From assembly GCA_964291675.2 (NCBI GenBank), contig OZ219865.1, positions 544,001-608,000 of the forward strand: DNA of 64,000 bases. Reading direction: 5' to 3'. Shown piece by piece: positions 1 through 9,792 of the stretch. Position 1 is the first letter of the stretch. The number at the start of each line of letters is the position of its first letter. The stretch is from Alphaproteobacteria bacterium (GTDB lineage Bacteria; Pseudomonadota; Alphaproteobacteria; MPNO01). A program made the translations under genes and the position numbers. Under the pieces are notes generated by a model. The model was not told the origin of the DNA. It saw nothing but the letters and a program-made list of their open reading frames with translations, and did no database searches.

Positions 1-1219
1 TGGATGTAGCCGTAGCGGCGGAGCATTCGGATCCAGCGCGGGGCGTTGCGCTTGACCATCAGCGCGTCGTAGTCGGCGGTGCGGTCGTAGTAGGGCCTGC
101 CGGTCTTGAGCACGACATAAACGATGCGCAGCATCTTGTGTGCGCCGGCCACGATGGCGCGCTTGTATCCGCGCCGGGCGGCGAGCGCGCGGTGGTGGGC
201 CTCGAACTGGCACCCCTTGGTTCGGGCCGCGCCGTGGGCACATTCGACGAGGCTGGCGCGCAGCGTCCTGGAGCCCCTTCGGGTGCGCGCGTTGCGGCGC
301 TTTCCGCCGCTTTCGTTGTTGCCGGGGCAGAGCCCGGCCCAGGCGGCGAAGTGCTGCTTGGAGGCGAACGCCTCGATATCCGGGCCGATCTCGATCAGGA
401 TGGTCGAGGCGGCGATGCGGTCGATGCCGGGGATGGTGGTCAGCAGGCGGAGCTGTTCCTGCCACGGCGTCATCTGCCGGTCGATCTTCTCGCCGTAGGA
501 CGCGATGCGCGCCTCGAGCGCGTCATGCTCGTCCAGCAGATCGCCGAGCATGAAGCGGTCGTTGTCGCCCAGGCTCAGGGAGAGCGCCTCGCCGAGCCCC
601 TCCAGCTTGTTGGCGACGTGGCCGGTGAGCGAGGCGAGGATGACCGCGCGCGGCGTGGCTTGCGCCAGCCCGTCGAGGATCTTGCGGCCGTTGACGCCGA
701 AGACGTCGGAGAGGATGCCGCCGATGCGCAGGCCGGCGCGGTCGACGATCTTCTGCACCCGGTTGCGCACGGTCGAGCGCTGCCTGACCAGGGTACGCCG
801 CTGGCGGCTCAGCGAGCGCAGCTCCCGGAACGGCTCGGGGGGAACATGGGAAGGCGTGCAGAGCCCGAACTGGCACACGCAGGCCAGCCACACGCTGTCG
901 GCGACATCGGTCTTGCGCCCCTTCAATGCTTGACCTGACGCGCGTGCACCAGGATCGCTTCGATCCCCGCCGCCTCCACCGCCGCGAAGGGCGCCTGCCA
1001 GTAGATCCCGGTCCCTTCCATGACAGCGGCCTCGACGCGGCGACCGGTCAGCCAGGCGACCATCTCCGCCAGACCGCTCGGAAGCGAGCTGAAGCAGCGC
1101 GTCTCCACCACCGGCTCGCCCTCGCCCTCGCACAGGCGAACCGTCGCGGTGATCTCCATCTTGTGCACGTCCAGACCCGCCGCGCGCGGCCGCACGACGT
1201 GCAAGCCTTCCGTCTTCAT
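1..1219 (-). pseudogene. IS110-family (DEDD/RuvC-like) transposase/recombinase, frameshifted near 926; C-terminus runs off the window
   Basis: ATG 1219 with GAGGAGG RBS. N-terminal motifs GLDVHK and MEGTGIYW; this frame stops at ...RQVKH* (923-925). The adjacent frame resumes LKGRKTDVAD...LLTTIPGI...WAGLCPGNNESGGK...RRGYKRAIVAGAHKMLRI, the typical IS110 C-terminal domain. A 1-nt loss at 926-928 explains the break. Confidence 0.9.
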
Positions 1220-1577
1220 CGCTGTCCTCCTCGTTGCGCTCTCGCCACGGCGGCGTAGGATCGCGCCGTGGCATCGCCACGGTGGAGGCGGGGACAGCGG
1301 TCGGAAAGACACGCACCCGTCGAGCGGGTGCGGTTCGATTTGCCGCGCGTCCACGGCCGCGGGCCGGGCACAGTACGGGGTGCGGAGCCGACCGCCGGAA
1401 GCAGTTTATATCTCGGGAACCACATCACCGATAAACGGAACGCTCACGCGTCGCCGCCTCCACCGTTCCCATCCTGCCACGGCAGACCCGCGCGACGATC
1501 GGCAAACCCTCAGCCGAACGCCCCGAGTTTCATGCCACGGGGTGGCTCAGCACCGCCGAGACCATGACGGTTTATAT
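1220..1577 (-). ncRNA. Structured non-coding end of the IS110 element; candidate bridge RNA locus
   Basis: ~340 nt upstream of the IS110 ATG with nested inverted repeats: 1279-1291/1454-1466 (13-bp perfect), GCCGTGGCA ~1265-1273/1475-1483, hairpin 1313-1331. IS110-group elements are known to encode bridge RNAs in this position. Confidence 0.55.
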
Positions 1578-1578
1578 G

Positions 1579-2890
1579 AGCTGGACCGGGCGCAAAGCCT
1601 TGTTCCGGGCGGGATATCGGCGCATCCGCCGGATCGGGACACGGATCGCCGCACGCCCGCACTTGCCGTCCCTGCCCCTGTGTTGTCACCCCGGCCGCGT
1701 TCCGGGCACCCACGGGCGGGGCGGGCCGCCCCCGGCTCCCGTACTCCTCCACCGCCACCCCCACCCCGTCATGGCCGGACTTGATCCGGCCATCCATGCG
1801 CAGACTTGATCCGCGCAACCACTGGCGCCACCGGTACAACGCCCCGTCGGGAGGAGCGGCGGCGCCAGTGGATGCCCGGATCGAGGCCACTGCTGTCCGG
1901 TTTGGATCAGCTGGACCGGGCGCAAAGCCTTGTTTCGGGCGGGATATCGGCGCATCCGCCGGATCGGGACACGGATCGCCGCACGCCCGCACTTGCCGTC
2001 CCTGCCCCTCCGTTGTCACCCCGGCCTCGTTCCGGGCACCCACGGGCGGGGCGGGCCGCACCCGGCTCCCGTACTCCTCCACCGCCACCACCACCCCGTC
2101 ATGGCCGGACTTGATCCGGCCACCCATGCGCGGACTTGATCCGCGCAACCACTGGCGCCACCGGTACAACGCCCCGTCGGGAGGAGCGGCGGCGCCAGTG
2201 GATGCCCGGATCAAGTCCACTGCTGTCCGGTTTGGATCAGCTGGACCGGGCGCAAAGCCTTGTTCCGGGCGGGATATCGGCGCATCCGCCGGATCGGGAC
2301 ACGGATCGCCGCACGCCCGCACTTGCCGTCCCTGCCCCTCCGTTGTCACCCCGGCCTCGTTCCGGGCACCCACGGGCGGGGCGGGCCGCACCCGGCTCCC
2401 GTACTCCTCCACCGCCACCACCACCCCGTCATGGCCGGACTTGATCCGGCCACCCATGCGCGGACTTGATCCGCGCAACCACTGGCGCCACCGGTACAAC
2501 GCCCCGTCGGGAGGAGCGGCGGCGCCAGTGGATGCCCGGATCAAGTCCACTGCTGTCCGGTTTGGATCAGCTGGACCGGGCGCAAAGCCTTGTTCCGGGC
2601 GGGATATCGGCGCATCCGCCGGATCGGGACACGGATCGCCGCACGCCCGCACTTGCCGTCCCTGCCCCTCCGTTGTCACCCCGGCCTCGTTCCGGGCACC
2701 CACGGGCGGGGCGGGCCGCACCCGGCTCCCGTGCTCCTCCACCGCGACCCCCACCCCGTCATGGCCGGACTTGATCCGGCCACCCATGCGCGGACTTGAT
2801 CCGCGCAACCACTGGCGCCACCGGTACAACGCCCCGTCGGGAGGAGCGGCGGCGCCAGTGGGTGCCCGGATCAAGTCCGGGCATGACGAT
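1579..2890. repeat. Tandem array of ~4 near-identical 330-bp units, each containing REP-like CGTCATG palindromes
   Basis: AGCTGGACCGGGCGCAAAGCCT recurs at 1579, 1909, 2239 and 2569 (period 330). Each unit contains CCCCGTCATGGCCGGACTTGATCCGGCCA and a CCACTGGCGCC...GGCGCCAGTGG stem. Confidence 0.95.
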
Positions 2891-2944
2891 GGGGGGAGGC
2901 ATGGCGCTGGGCGGGGAACGCCGGGCGCGGCCCGCGTCGAAGGC

Positions 2945-3135
2945 TAAACCGGACAGCAGTGGATCAAGTCCGGGCATGACGGCGGGGGGGTTGGCATGCC
3001 AGGGAAGGCGGCGGCCCGGGCGACCTTCCTCGACGTTCTCCCCACCCCGTCATGGCCGGACTCGTTCCGGCCATCCATGCGGCCCCACCGCGCGCGAGGC
3101 TGCCGGTCGGGAGCGGTGGCGGCGCCCATGGGCGC
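2945..3135. repeat. Additional dispersed REP-like palindromic copies
   Basis: GGATCAAGTCCGGGCATGACGG (~2961-2982, inverted relative to the array units) and CCCCGTCATGGCCGGACTCGTTCCGGCCATCCATG (~3045-3079). Confidence 0.75.
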
Positions 3136-3358
3136 CCGAAACACGCCCGGACGTGTTCCGGGGGCCGGGCGTTACGGGGAACGGGTTCGTTGGAACCGGA
3201 TGGGCTCCGGCGCGTCGCCGTCCTCGAACTGGCAGAGAACGGCGTCCCGCGCCATCTCCTTCGGATCGTCCCGGTCATCGCCTTGCGTGAAGATGGCGTG
3301 GCCGAGGGCGCGGGCGCCTTAGCCGCCTCCGCTCCCTTCCCCGCCCCTCGCCGGCGGA

Positions 3359-5644
3359 CTACTCGGCGGCCGCCCTGGTCTCGCCGCCGTCCATCAGCGC
3401 CAGCAGCTTGGGCGGCGACATCGGCAGCGACTGCGGCCGGATGCCGATCGCATCGCCGATCGCGTTGCCGATCGCCGCCAGCGTCGGCACCACCGGAACC
3501 TCGCCCACGCCCCTGAGCCCGTAGGGGTGGTTGGGGTTGGGGACCTCGACGATCACGGTGTCGATCATCGGCACGTCGGACGCCACCGGCATGCGGTAGT
3601 CGAGGAAGCTCGGATTGTCGAGGGTTCCGTCCTCGCGGTAGATGTACTCCTCGTTGAGCGCCCAGCCGATCCCCTGCACCGCGCCGCCCTGGTACTGGCC
3701 CTCGACCTGCAGCGGGTGGATCGCCTTGCCGGCATCCTCGACCACGGTGTAGCGGGTCACGTCCACCCGGCCGGTGCCGCGGTCGACCTTGAGGTCGACG
3801 ATATGCACCCCGAAGCCCGGCCCCTCGCCGGTGACGTTCATCTCCGAATGGCCGGCGATGGCGCCGTGGCTGACGCTGGTCCGGGACGCGATGTCCTTGA
3901 TCGAGAGCGGCTCGAAATCGCCCACATTGGCGCTCGCCGGCCGGCAATGGCCGTCCTCGAAGACGACCTCCTCGGGCGAGACGCCCCAGATCTCGGCCGC
4001 GCGCGAGACCATGGTGTCGATCGCCTTGCGCGCCGAGTCGACGATCACCATGCCCGACGAGAAGGTGGTCCGGCTGCCGGCCGTGACCCGGTTGTTGCCG
4101 ATGGCGCTGGTGTCGGCGAAGGTCGCCCGCACCTTGTCGAGCGGCACGCCCAGCTCTTCGGCCGCCATCATGCTGATCGAGACCCGCGAGCCGGCGACGT
4201 CGGAGGTCCCCAGCATGATGTTGACCGAGCCGTCGGGCGTTATCGTGAGCGATCCGGTGGTGTCGCCGCCCCGGTTGAACCAGAACCCGGCGGCGACGCC
4301 GCGCCCCTCGCCCGGCGCGACCGGCGCGTTGTAGTGCTCGGTCGCCTTCGCCGCCTCCAGCGTCTCGACGAAGCCGATCGGCCCGAAGGTCGCGCCGTAC
4401 AGCGTGGTATAGCCCTCGGTGGCGGCGTTCTTGAGCCGGAAGTCGAGCTCGTCCATGCCGATCTTGCCGGCGAGCTCGGTGACGATGGCTTCCACGCCGA
4501 ACACGATCTGCGGCACGCAGGGCGCGCGGAAGGCGTTCACCTTGGGCCGGTTGGAGACCACCTCGTAGGCGGTGGTCTTGATGTTCTCCAGCGCGTAGCG
4601 GGTGAACATCGCGTGCGGCGCGTTGAAGAACATCGAGCCGGTGAAGGCGCCGGTCTGGAAGATCAGCTCGGCCTCGGCCGCGGTGATCCTGCCGTCTTGG
4701 GTGCAGCCCATCCTGATCCGCGAGCGGGTGCCCGAGACCGGGCCGGTGCAGCGAAAAACCTCGTTCCGGGTCAGCACGATCTTGACCGGCCGGCGCGCCT
4801 TCTTGGACAGCAGCGCCGCCAAAGGCTCGCCGTAGAAGCTGGTCTTGCCGCCGAACCCGCCACCCATCTCGGACTGCATCACCTTGATGCGCGAGGAATC
4901 GAGCCTGAGGATGTCGGCCATCCGGTCGCGGAAGACGTGCGTCCCCTGGGTGCAGCACCAGACTTCGATCTCGTCGTTCTCGTTGCAGTTGGCGACGCAG
5001 CCCTGGGGCTCGATATAGCCCTGATGCATGGGCTTTGAGTCGTACTCGCGCTCGACGATGACGTCGGCCGCGGCGAACCCCGCCTCGGTGTCGCCCATCG
5101 CGAGGTCGAGCCGCTCGACGATATTGGTCGGCGTGTCCCCTCCCCCCTCGACGCCCTTGGTGCGCAGATGGTCGTGCAGGATCGGCGCGCCGGGCTGCAT
5201 CGCCTCGACCGGGTCGATGACATGCGGCAGGACCTCGTACTCGACCTCGATCAGCTTGAGCGCCCGCCTGGCGACCGGCTCGCTGGTCGCGGCTACCGCG
5301 GCCACCGGGTGGCCGTCGTAAAACACCTTTTCGCGCGCCATGACGTTGCGCGACAGGTCGCCGCCGGGCGTGCCCTGCGGCAGCTCGGGAAAATCGTCCC
5401 TCGTGACCACCGCCTTGACGCCCGGCAGGGCGTCGGCCTTCGAGATGTCGATCGACTTCAGCACCGCGTGCGGGTGCGGGCTCCTGAGGATCTTGCCGAA
5501 CAGCATGCCCGGCAGGATGAGGTCGGCGCCGAACTTGGCGCGCCCGGTCACCTTGTCCGGCCCGTCATGCTTGACCGGGTTGGTGCCGACGATCTTCAGC
5601 TCGCGATCGGGGTTGAAACCGGAATTCTCCAGAATGCTCGCCAT
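3359..5644 (-). CDS. Xanthine dehydrogenase/aldehyde oxidoreductase family, molybdopterin-binding large subunit
   Basis: Motifs DKVTGRAKF, RSPHPHA, HQGYIEP, GGGFGGK, QVEGQYQGGAVQGIGWAL, GVGEVP. Confidence 0.93.
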   Translation of the reverse strand: MASILENSGFNPDRELKIVGTNPVKHDGPDKVTGRAKFGADLILPGMLFGKILRSPHPHAVLKSIDISKADALPGVKAVVTRDDFPELPQGTPGGDLSRNVMAREKVFYDGHPVAAVAATSEPVARRALKLIEVEYEVLPHVIDPVEAMQPGAPILHDHLRTKGVEGGGDTPTNIVERLDLAMGDTEAGFAAADVIVEREYDSKPMHQGYIEPQGCVANCNENDEIEVWCCTQGTHVFRDRMADILRLDSSRIKVMQSEMGGGFGGKTSFYGEPLAALLSKKARRPVKIVLTRNEVFRCTGPVSGTRSRIRMGCTQDGRITAAEAELIFQTGAFTGSMFFNAPHAMFTRYALENIKTTAYEVVSNRPKVNAFRAPCVPQIVFGVEAIVTELAGKIGMDELDFRLKNAATEGYTTLYGATFGPIGFVETLEAAKATEHYNAPVAPGEGRGVAAGFWFNRGGDTTGSLTITPDGSVNIMLGTSDVAGSRVSISMMAAEELGVPLDKVRATFADTSAIGNNRVTAGSRTTFSSGMVIVDSARKAIDTMVSRAAEIWGVSPEEVVFEDGHCRPASANVGDFEPLSIKDIASRTSVSHGAIAGHSEMNVTGEGPGFGVHIVDLKVDRGTGRVDVTRYTVVEDAGKAIHPLQVEGQYQGGAVQGIGWALNEEYIYREDGTLDNPSFLDYRMPVASDVPMIDTVIVEVPNPNHPYGLRGVGEVPVVPTLAAIGNAIGDAIGIRPQSLPMSPPKLLALMDGGETRAAAE

Positions 5645-5646
5645 CT

Positions 5647-6126
5647 TCAAGCCTCCCTCATCTCTTCCGCCGCCGCCTGGACGGAACGGATGACCTTGTC
5701 ATAGCCGGTGCAGCGGCAGAGATTGCCGGCCAGCCAGAAACGGATCTCGGTCTCGCTGGGGTCGGGGTTGCGCTCCAGCAGCGCCCGCGCGGCGATCAGG
5801 ATGCCGGGGGTGCAGATCCCGCATTGCAGCCCGTTGAGCTCGAGGAAGTGGCGCTGCAGCGGGTGCAGCGCGTCCTCGCCTTCGGCCATCCCCTCGATGG
5901 TCTCGACCGACCCGCCATCGGCCTCGACCGCCAGCACCAGGCACGAGCAGACCAGCTCGCCGTCGAGCACCACCGAGCAGGCGCCGCAATCGCCCGTCGA
6001 GCAGCCCTCCTTGGTGCCGGTGAGCCCGAGCCCGTTGCGCAGCACGTCGACCAGGGTCTGGCCGGGCTCGCACAGCACCTCGTACTCGTCGCCGTTGATC
6101 GTCGTCGTCACATGAGCCTTGGGCAT
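5647..6126 (-). CDS. (2Fe-2S)-binding small subunit (CoxS/XdhC-like)
   Basis: MPKAHVTTTING...GTKEGCSTGDCGACSV...QCGICTPG...GNLCRCTGY; this is the C-terminal part of ORF 5647..6999. Confidence 0.93.
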   Translation of the reverse strand: MPKAHVTTTINGDEYEVLCEPGQTLVDVLRNGLGLTGTKEGCSTGDCGACSVVLDGELVCSCLVLAVEADGGSVETIEGMAEGEDALHPLQRHFLELNGLQCGICTPGILIAARALLERNPDPSETEIRFWLAGNLCRCTGYDKVIRSVQAAAEEMREA

Positions 6127-6995
6127 CAGCCTCTCCTCGCCCGCGCGAGCGCGTTCTCGGCCGCGCGCCTGGCCATCACGCCGGCGGTCCTGATCCGGTA
6201 TGCGATGGTGCCGCGCTTGTCGTCGATCGGATCGCAGGCCGCGCTCGCCGCCGCGGACAGCGCGTCCAGCGCCGCCTCGTCGACCGCCGTTCCGGCCAGC
6301 GCCGCGCCGGCGTCTGCGACCAGCAGCGGCGTCGGCGCCACCGCGCCGAGCGAGACCCGGGCGGCGGTGCAGATTCCGGCATCGTCGAGCGTCAAATTGA
6401 CCGCCGCGCCGACCACCGCGATGTCCATCTCGGTCCGCGGCGTCAGCCTGAGATAGCAATCCCCCGAACGCGGCGGGCGCCGGGGGAAGGTGAAGGAGAC
6501 CACGATCTCGCCTTCCTCCAGCGCGGTCTCGCCCGGACCGGTGATGACGTCCTCGACCGGCAGGTCGCGCGCCCCCGCGGGGCCCGCGATGTTGGCGACG
6601 GCGCCGGCCGCGATCAGCGGCGGGACGCTGTCGGCGGCGGGCGAGGCGTTGCACAGATTGCCGCCGACGCTCGCCCGCCCCTTGACCTGGACCGAGCCGA
6701 TCAGCGCCACCCCCTCGATCACCCCGGGCCAGGCGGCGGCGAAGCCCGCATGGTCCATCAGCTTCATCCCCGAGGCCGCCGCGCCGATGCGCCAGGCGCC
6801 GTCTTGCTCGACGATCTCGGTCAGCTCCGGGATGTGCTTGACGTCGACGATGAGGTGGGGGTCGATCAGGTCGCCGTGCAGCAGGACCAGCACGTCCGTG
6901 CCGCCGGCCAGGATCTTCGCCCCGCCGCCGGCTTCGGCGAGCATGCCCACCGCCGCGTCGAGACTGTCCGGCGCGGCATAGTTCAACTCCGTCAT
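6126..6995 (-). CDS. FAD-binding medium subunit (CoxM/XdhB-like)
   Basis: LAGGTDVL, IGSVQVKGRASVGGNLCNASPAAD, PIDDKRGTIAYR; coupled to the Fe-S subunit. Confidence 0.92.
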   Translation of the reverse strand: MTELNYAAPDSLDAAVGMLAEAGGGAKILAGGTDVLVLLHGDLIDPHLIVDVKHIPELTEIVEQDGAWRIGAAASGMKLMDHAGFAAAWPGVIEGVALIGSVQVKGRASVGGNLCNASPAADSVPPLIAAGAVANIAGPAGARDLPVEDVITGPGETALEEGEIVVSFTFPRRPPRSGDCYLRLTPRTEMDIAVVGAAVNLTLDDAGICTAARVSLGAVAPTPLLVADAGAALAGTAVDEAALDALSAAASAACDPIDDKRGTIAYRIRTAGVMARRAAENALARARRG

Positions 6996-7369
6996 CCATT
7001 GCCTCCCAAGCGCTTCGCCCGCATCCGTTGCGATGGTGCAGATTTCGCCCCGATTCGGCAAGCCGCCGCGGGGACGGGACGGCGACGGGACGGGGCGCCG
7101 ATCGGCAAGGAAAAAGGACGCCACCGCCTCCGGCGCCCGATTTCCGCGATCATAGAGTTTGTACCACAAATCGCGTCCCATGTCAAGAAAAATTATCAAA
7201 AAAGACGATTTTCTGTCCGTTCCCGCTTGGCGGCGCCGCGAGCCGTCGGCCCGCCCGGCATTGCGGGATGCGTCGTTTGCCCTATGATCCGGCGAATTGC
7301 GGACTCATGGCCAAGGCGTCCGGCCCGGCGACACGCGGGGTCTCGCGCGCCGGTCGCGGGAGGGTGGCG

Positions 7370-7585
7370 ATGGCGATACGGATCGAATACTGCCGGGTGT
7401 GAAACTACGAGCCGCGCGCCCTCCGTGCGAGGGACAGGCTGAAGGCGCTGGGCGCCGGCGATGTCGAGATCGCGCCCGGCGCGGCGGGCGCCTTCGAGAT
7501 CGCGATCGACGGGGAGACGGTGTTCTCCAAGCTCGACACCGGACGCTTCCCGACCGATGCGGAGGTCGACGCGCTGCTCGGCTGA
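7370..7585 (+). CDS. SelW/SelT/SelH (Rdx family) selenoprotein, 71 aa, Sec encoded by in-frame TGA at 7400-7402
   Basis: Read-through gives MAIRIEYCRVUNYEPRALRARDRLKALGAGDVEIAPGAAGAFEIAIDGETVFSKLDTGRFPTDAEVDALLG*. It has the CxxU motif and Rdx signatures GxFEI, VFSK, GRFP; GGGAGGG RBS upstream. Confidence 0.85.
7403..7440 (+). promoter_or_regulatory. Candidate bacterial SECIS hairpin
   Basis: Directly 3' of the TGA: AGCC(7410-7413)/GGCT(7437-7440) lower stem, CCCTC(7419-7423)/GAGGG(7429-7433) upper stem, CGTGC apical loop. Confidence 0.55.
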
Positions 7586-7600
7586 TCCCCCGGCCGGGGC

Positions 7601-9061
7601 TCAGTTGGTCGCCGGCGGCTCGCGGCGCGGGGGGCCGAACGCCCGGCTGGCCGCGCTGACCTGCTTCACCCCGTCCGCGCCCACCTCCATGATCGCGTAG
7701 CTCCGTTCCGAGAGCCCGTCGGCGCGGAAGCGGAACAGGCCGGATGCCCCTTCGAAGCCGCGCGCATCGACCAGCGCGGCGGCGCTGAAATCCGCGCCTC
7801 GCTCGCGCCGGCCGAGCAGCGCCGCGATCGCGGCCGCATCGTAGGCGAGCGCGGCCAGCGGGCCGGGGGGCTTGCCGAAGGCGGCCTCGAAGCGGCGCTT
7901 GAACAGGCTCGCGAGCTCGGTCTCGGGGCTCGCATACCAGGCACCCCGCAGCGCCGGTTCGTATCGCAGCTCCAGCCGGTTCCAGGTCGAGATGCCCAGC
8001 GCGCGGACCCGGTCGCTCGGGATGTCGTAATAGGGGAGCCGGGCGGCGATGGCATAGACCGGGCTGCTGCCGGACGGCAGCAGGATGGCGTCGAACCCGA
8101 CATCCCCCATCGTGTCCCGGTGCTCCAGATGCTCCAGGATCGCGCGCGACTCGGCATCGTCCCGGTCGCGGAGTCCCTGGCGGTACTCCTCCAGCTTCGC
8201 CTTGCGGAAATCGTAGTCGGCGAGGCGGCGCACCGCCCGGTCGATCGACGGAATGTCCTCGCCATAGGCAACGACGCTGTGCAGCCTGACCCCGGCCTCC
8301 CAGGCCGCGACGTCGGCGGCGACCGCCGCCTGGGCGCCGAACCTGCCGGTCGGGATCAGGGCGGCGACGCTGCGTATGCCGTTTCTGCCGGCATAGGCCA
8401 CCACCGCCCGGATCTGCGGCTCGGGACGATGGCCGAGCACGAAGACGTGACGTCCCGCCGCGGCGCGGTCGTTGGTGAAGGCGATCAGGTTCACCCCGGC
8501 GCGCGCGGCCAGCGGCGCGACGGCGGCGACCGCCTCGGAGAACAGCGGGCCCAGCAGCAGCCCCGCCCCCTCGTCCAGCGCCTCTCCCGCCGCCCGCGCC
8601 GCGCCGCCCGGCGTGCCCCCGGTGTCGTACGGCTTGAACGTGAAGCCCGCAGCCGCGTGGTCGAACACGGCCATCATCGCGCCGTTCAGCATCGCCCGCC
8701 CGAGCTCGCCGTCATCGCCGGAGAGCGGCAGGAGAATGCCGATGACGCCCCCCTCGCCGGGCGCCGGCCGGGGCGCGGAGGCATCGTCCGCGGCAGTTGC
8801 GGGGACGGGTCCGGCGGTGCGGTTCGCGGGGCGGTCGGCCGGGGTCGGCGGCGCGGCGCGCGCGGTATCCGGCGCGGGGGCCGCGCGCTGCGGCGGCGGG
8901 GCCGTTTCGACGCCGGGCGGCGGCGCCTCGGCATCCGGTGCGCAGGCGGCGAGGCCCAGGGCGGCCGCTATCGCGACCGCGCGGCACAGGGCGGCGCCCC
9001 GGTCCGGGCGCTTTCCGGATCGCCTGCGAGCGGCGGCGTCGATACGGCTACTCCTACTCAT
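7601..9061 (-). CDS. Penicillin-binding protein activator (LpoA/LppC-like) lipoprotein, periplasmic binding-protein fold
   Basis: Lipobox LGLAAC; IGILLPLSG...LGRAMLNGA, LLGPLFS, LAALAYDAA, GFEGASGLFRF. Confidence 0.8.
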   Translation of the reverse strand: MSRSSRIDAAARRRSGKRPDRGAALCRAVAIAAALGLAACAPDAEAPPPGVETAPPPQRAAPAPDTARAAPPTPADRPANRTAGPVPATAADDASAPRPAPGEGGVIGILLPLSGDDGELGRAMLNGAMMAVFDHAAAGFTFKPYDTGGTPGGAARAAGEALDEGAGLLLGPLFSEAVAAVAPLAARAGVNLIAFTNDRAAAGRHVFVLGHRPEPQIRAVVAYAGRNGIRSVAALIPTGRFGAQAAVAADVAAWEAGVRLHSVVAYGEDIPSIDRAVRRLADYDFRKAKLEEYRQGLRDRDDAESRAILEHLEHRDTMGDVGFDAILLPSGSSPVYAIAARLPYYDIPSDRVRALGISTWNRLELRYEPALRGAWYASPETELASLFKRRFEAAFGKPPGPLAALAYDAAAIAALLGRRERGADFSAAALVDARGFEGASGLFRFRADGLSERSYAIMEVGADGVKQVSAASRAFGPPRREPPATN

Positions 9062-9139
9062 ATCTTGTCATAGGAAGATGAGACAAAATATTGTTCTTGT
9101 TGATTTGTCCTTCCATCGCGGCACAACGGCCGCCAACGG

Positions 9140-9174
9140 ATCAGGGACCTGGCGGCGCGCGCCAGACCCCTGAT
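9140..9174 (-). terminator. Hairpin downstream of tRNA-Pro
   Basis: ATCAGGG...CTGGCG/CGCCAG...CCCTGAT inverted repeat just 3' of the tRNA. Confidence 0.45.
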
Positions 9175-9179
9175 TTCGT

Positions 9180-9256
<77 letters not shown>

Positions 9257-9499
9257 TCGGTATCGAACGCATCCGACCTTATAGCAGCTTCGGGCCGGAT
9301 GACAACGTCCGGGAACGGACCCGGTTCGAGCCCGATTCCTCCATCGGCTCGCAGACGGTGGCGATCCTGCCGGTCGCCCGCATCGGCATCCCTTCGACGA
9401 GCCGGCCGGAAACCTGAACACGCTTGTCCCGGGGCCGCCTGTCCATCCACGGGTACTACAGGAAAACCCTTGCTTTGTAATCGCTTAGTGATCGGACGT

Positions 9500-9772
9500 T
9501 CATCTTCCGGTCGACATCTGCCTGGCCACATGAAGGCCCAGAAGAGCCGACACCGCATCCTTCGCGGTCGGAAAATCAAGCTTTGCGGCCGGACCTCCGA
9601 GGCGCCAGAACTCATTCTTGCAGGCCTCGATCATCAGGTTCGCCATTTCGTCGTCGAACTGCACGACGAATTTCTCGGCCGCGTCGCCGCCTTGGGAAAA
9701 GTCGAGGACGTCCGGTATGCCTTCGACGTTCGGTGTCACCTGGCCAGAATGTCCGGTCTCGTTGCTGGACAT
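9500..9772 (-). CDS. Hypothetical protein (90 aa)
   Basis: ATG with AAGGAAGGAG RBS; protein-like composition; lies in a run of small minus-strand ORFs. Confidence 0.55.
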   Translation of the reverse strand: MSSNETGHSGQVTPNVEGIPDVLDFSQGGDAAEKFVVQFDDEMANLMIEACKNEFWRLGGPAAKLDFPTAKDAVSALLGLHVARQMSTGR

Positions 9773-9792
9773 CGCTCCTTCCTTTCAGCGCG

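Noticed and set aside
1579-2890. Possible CRISPR array
   Set aside because: Whole 330-bp units are repeated with no unique spacers, and no cas genes are present.
1510-2947. Long repetitive ORFs (454 aa minus, 388 aa plus) across the tandem array
   Set aside because: They arise because the 330-bp period is a multiple of 3 in GC-rich palindromic DNA. Several frames are open, with no RBS or domain signal.
3359-6995. Aerobic CO dehydrogenase (coxMSL)
   Set aside because: The large subunit has AFRAP at the active-site loop rather than the AYxCSFR signature of form I CoxL, so it is called a generic xanthine dehydrogenase-family enzyme.
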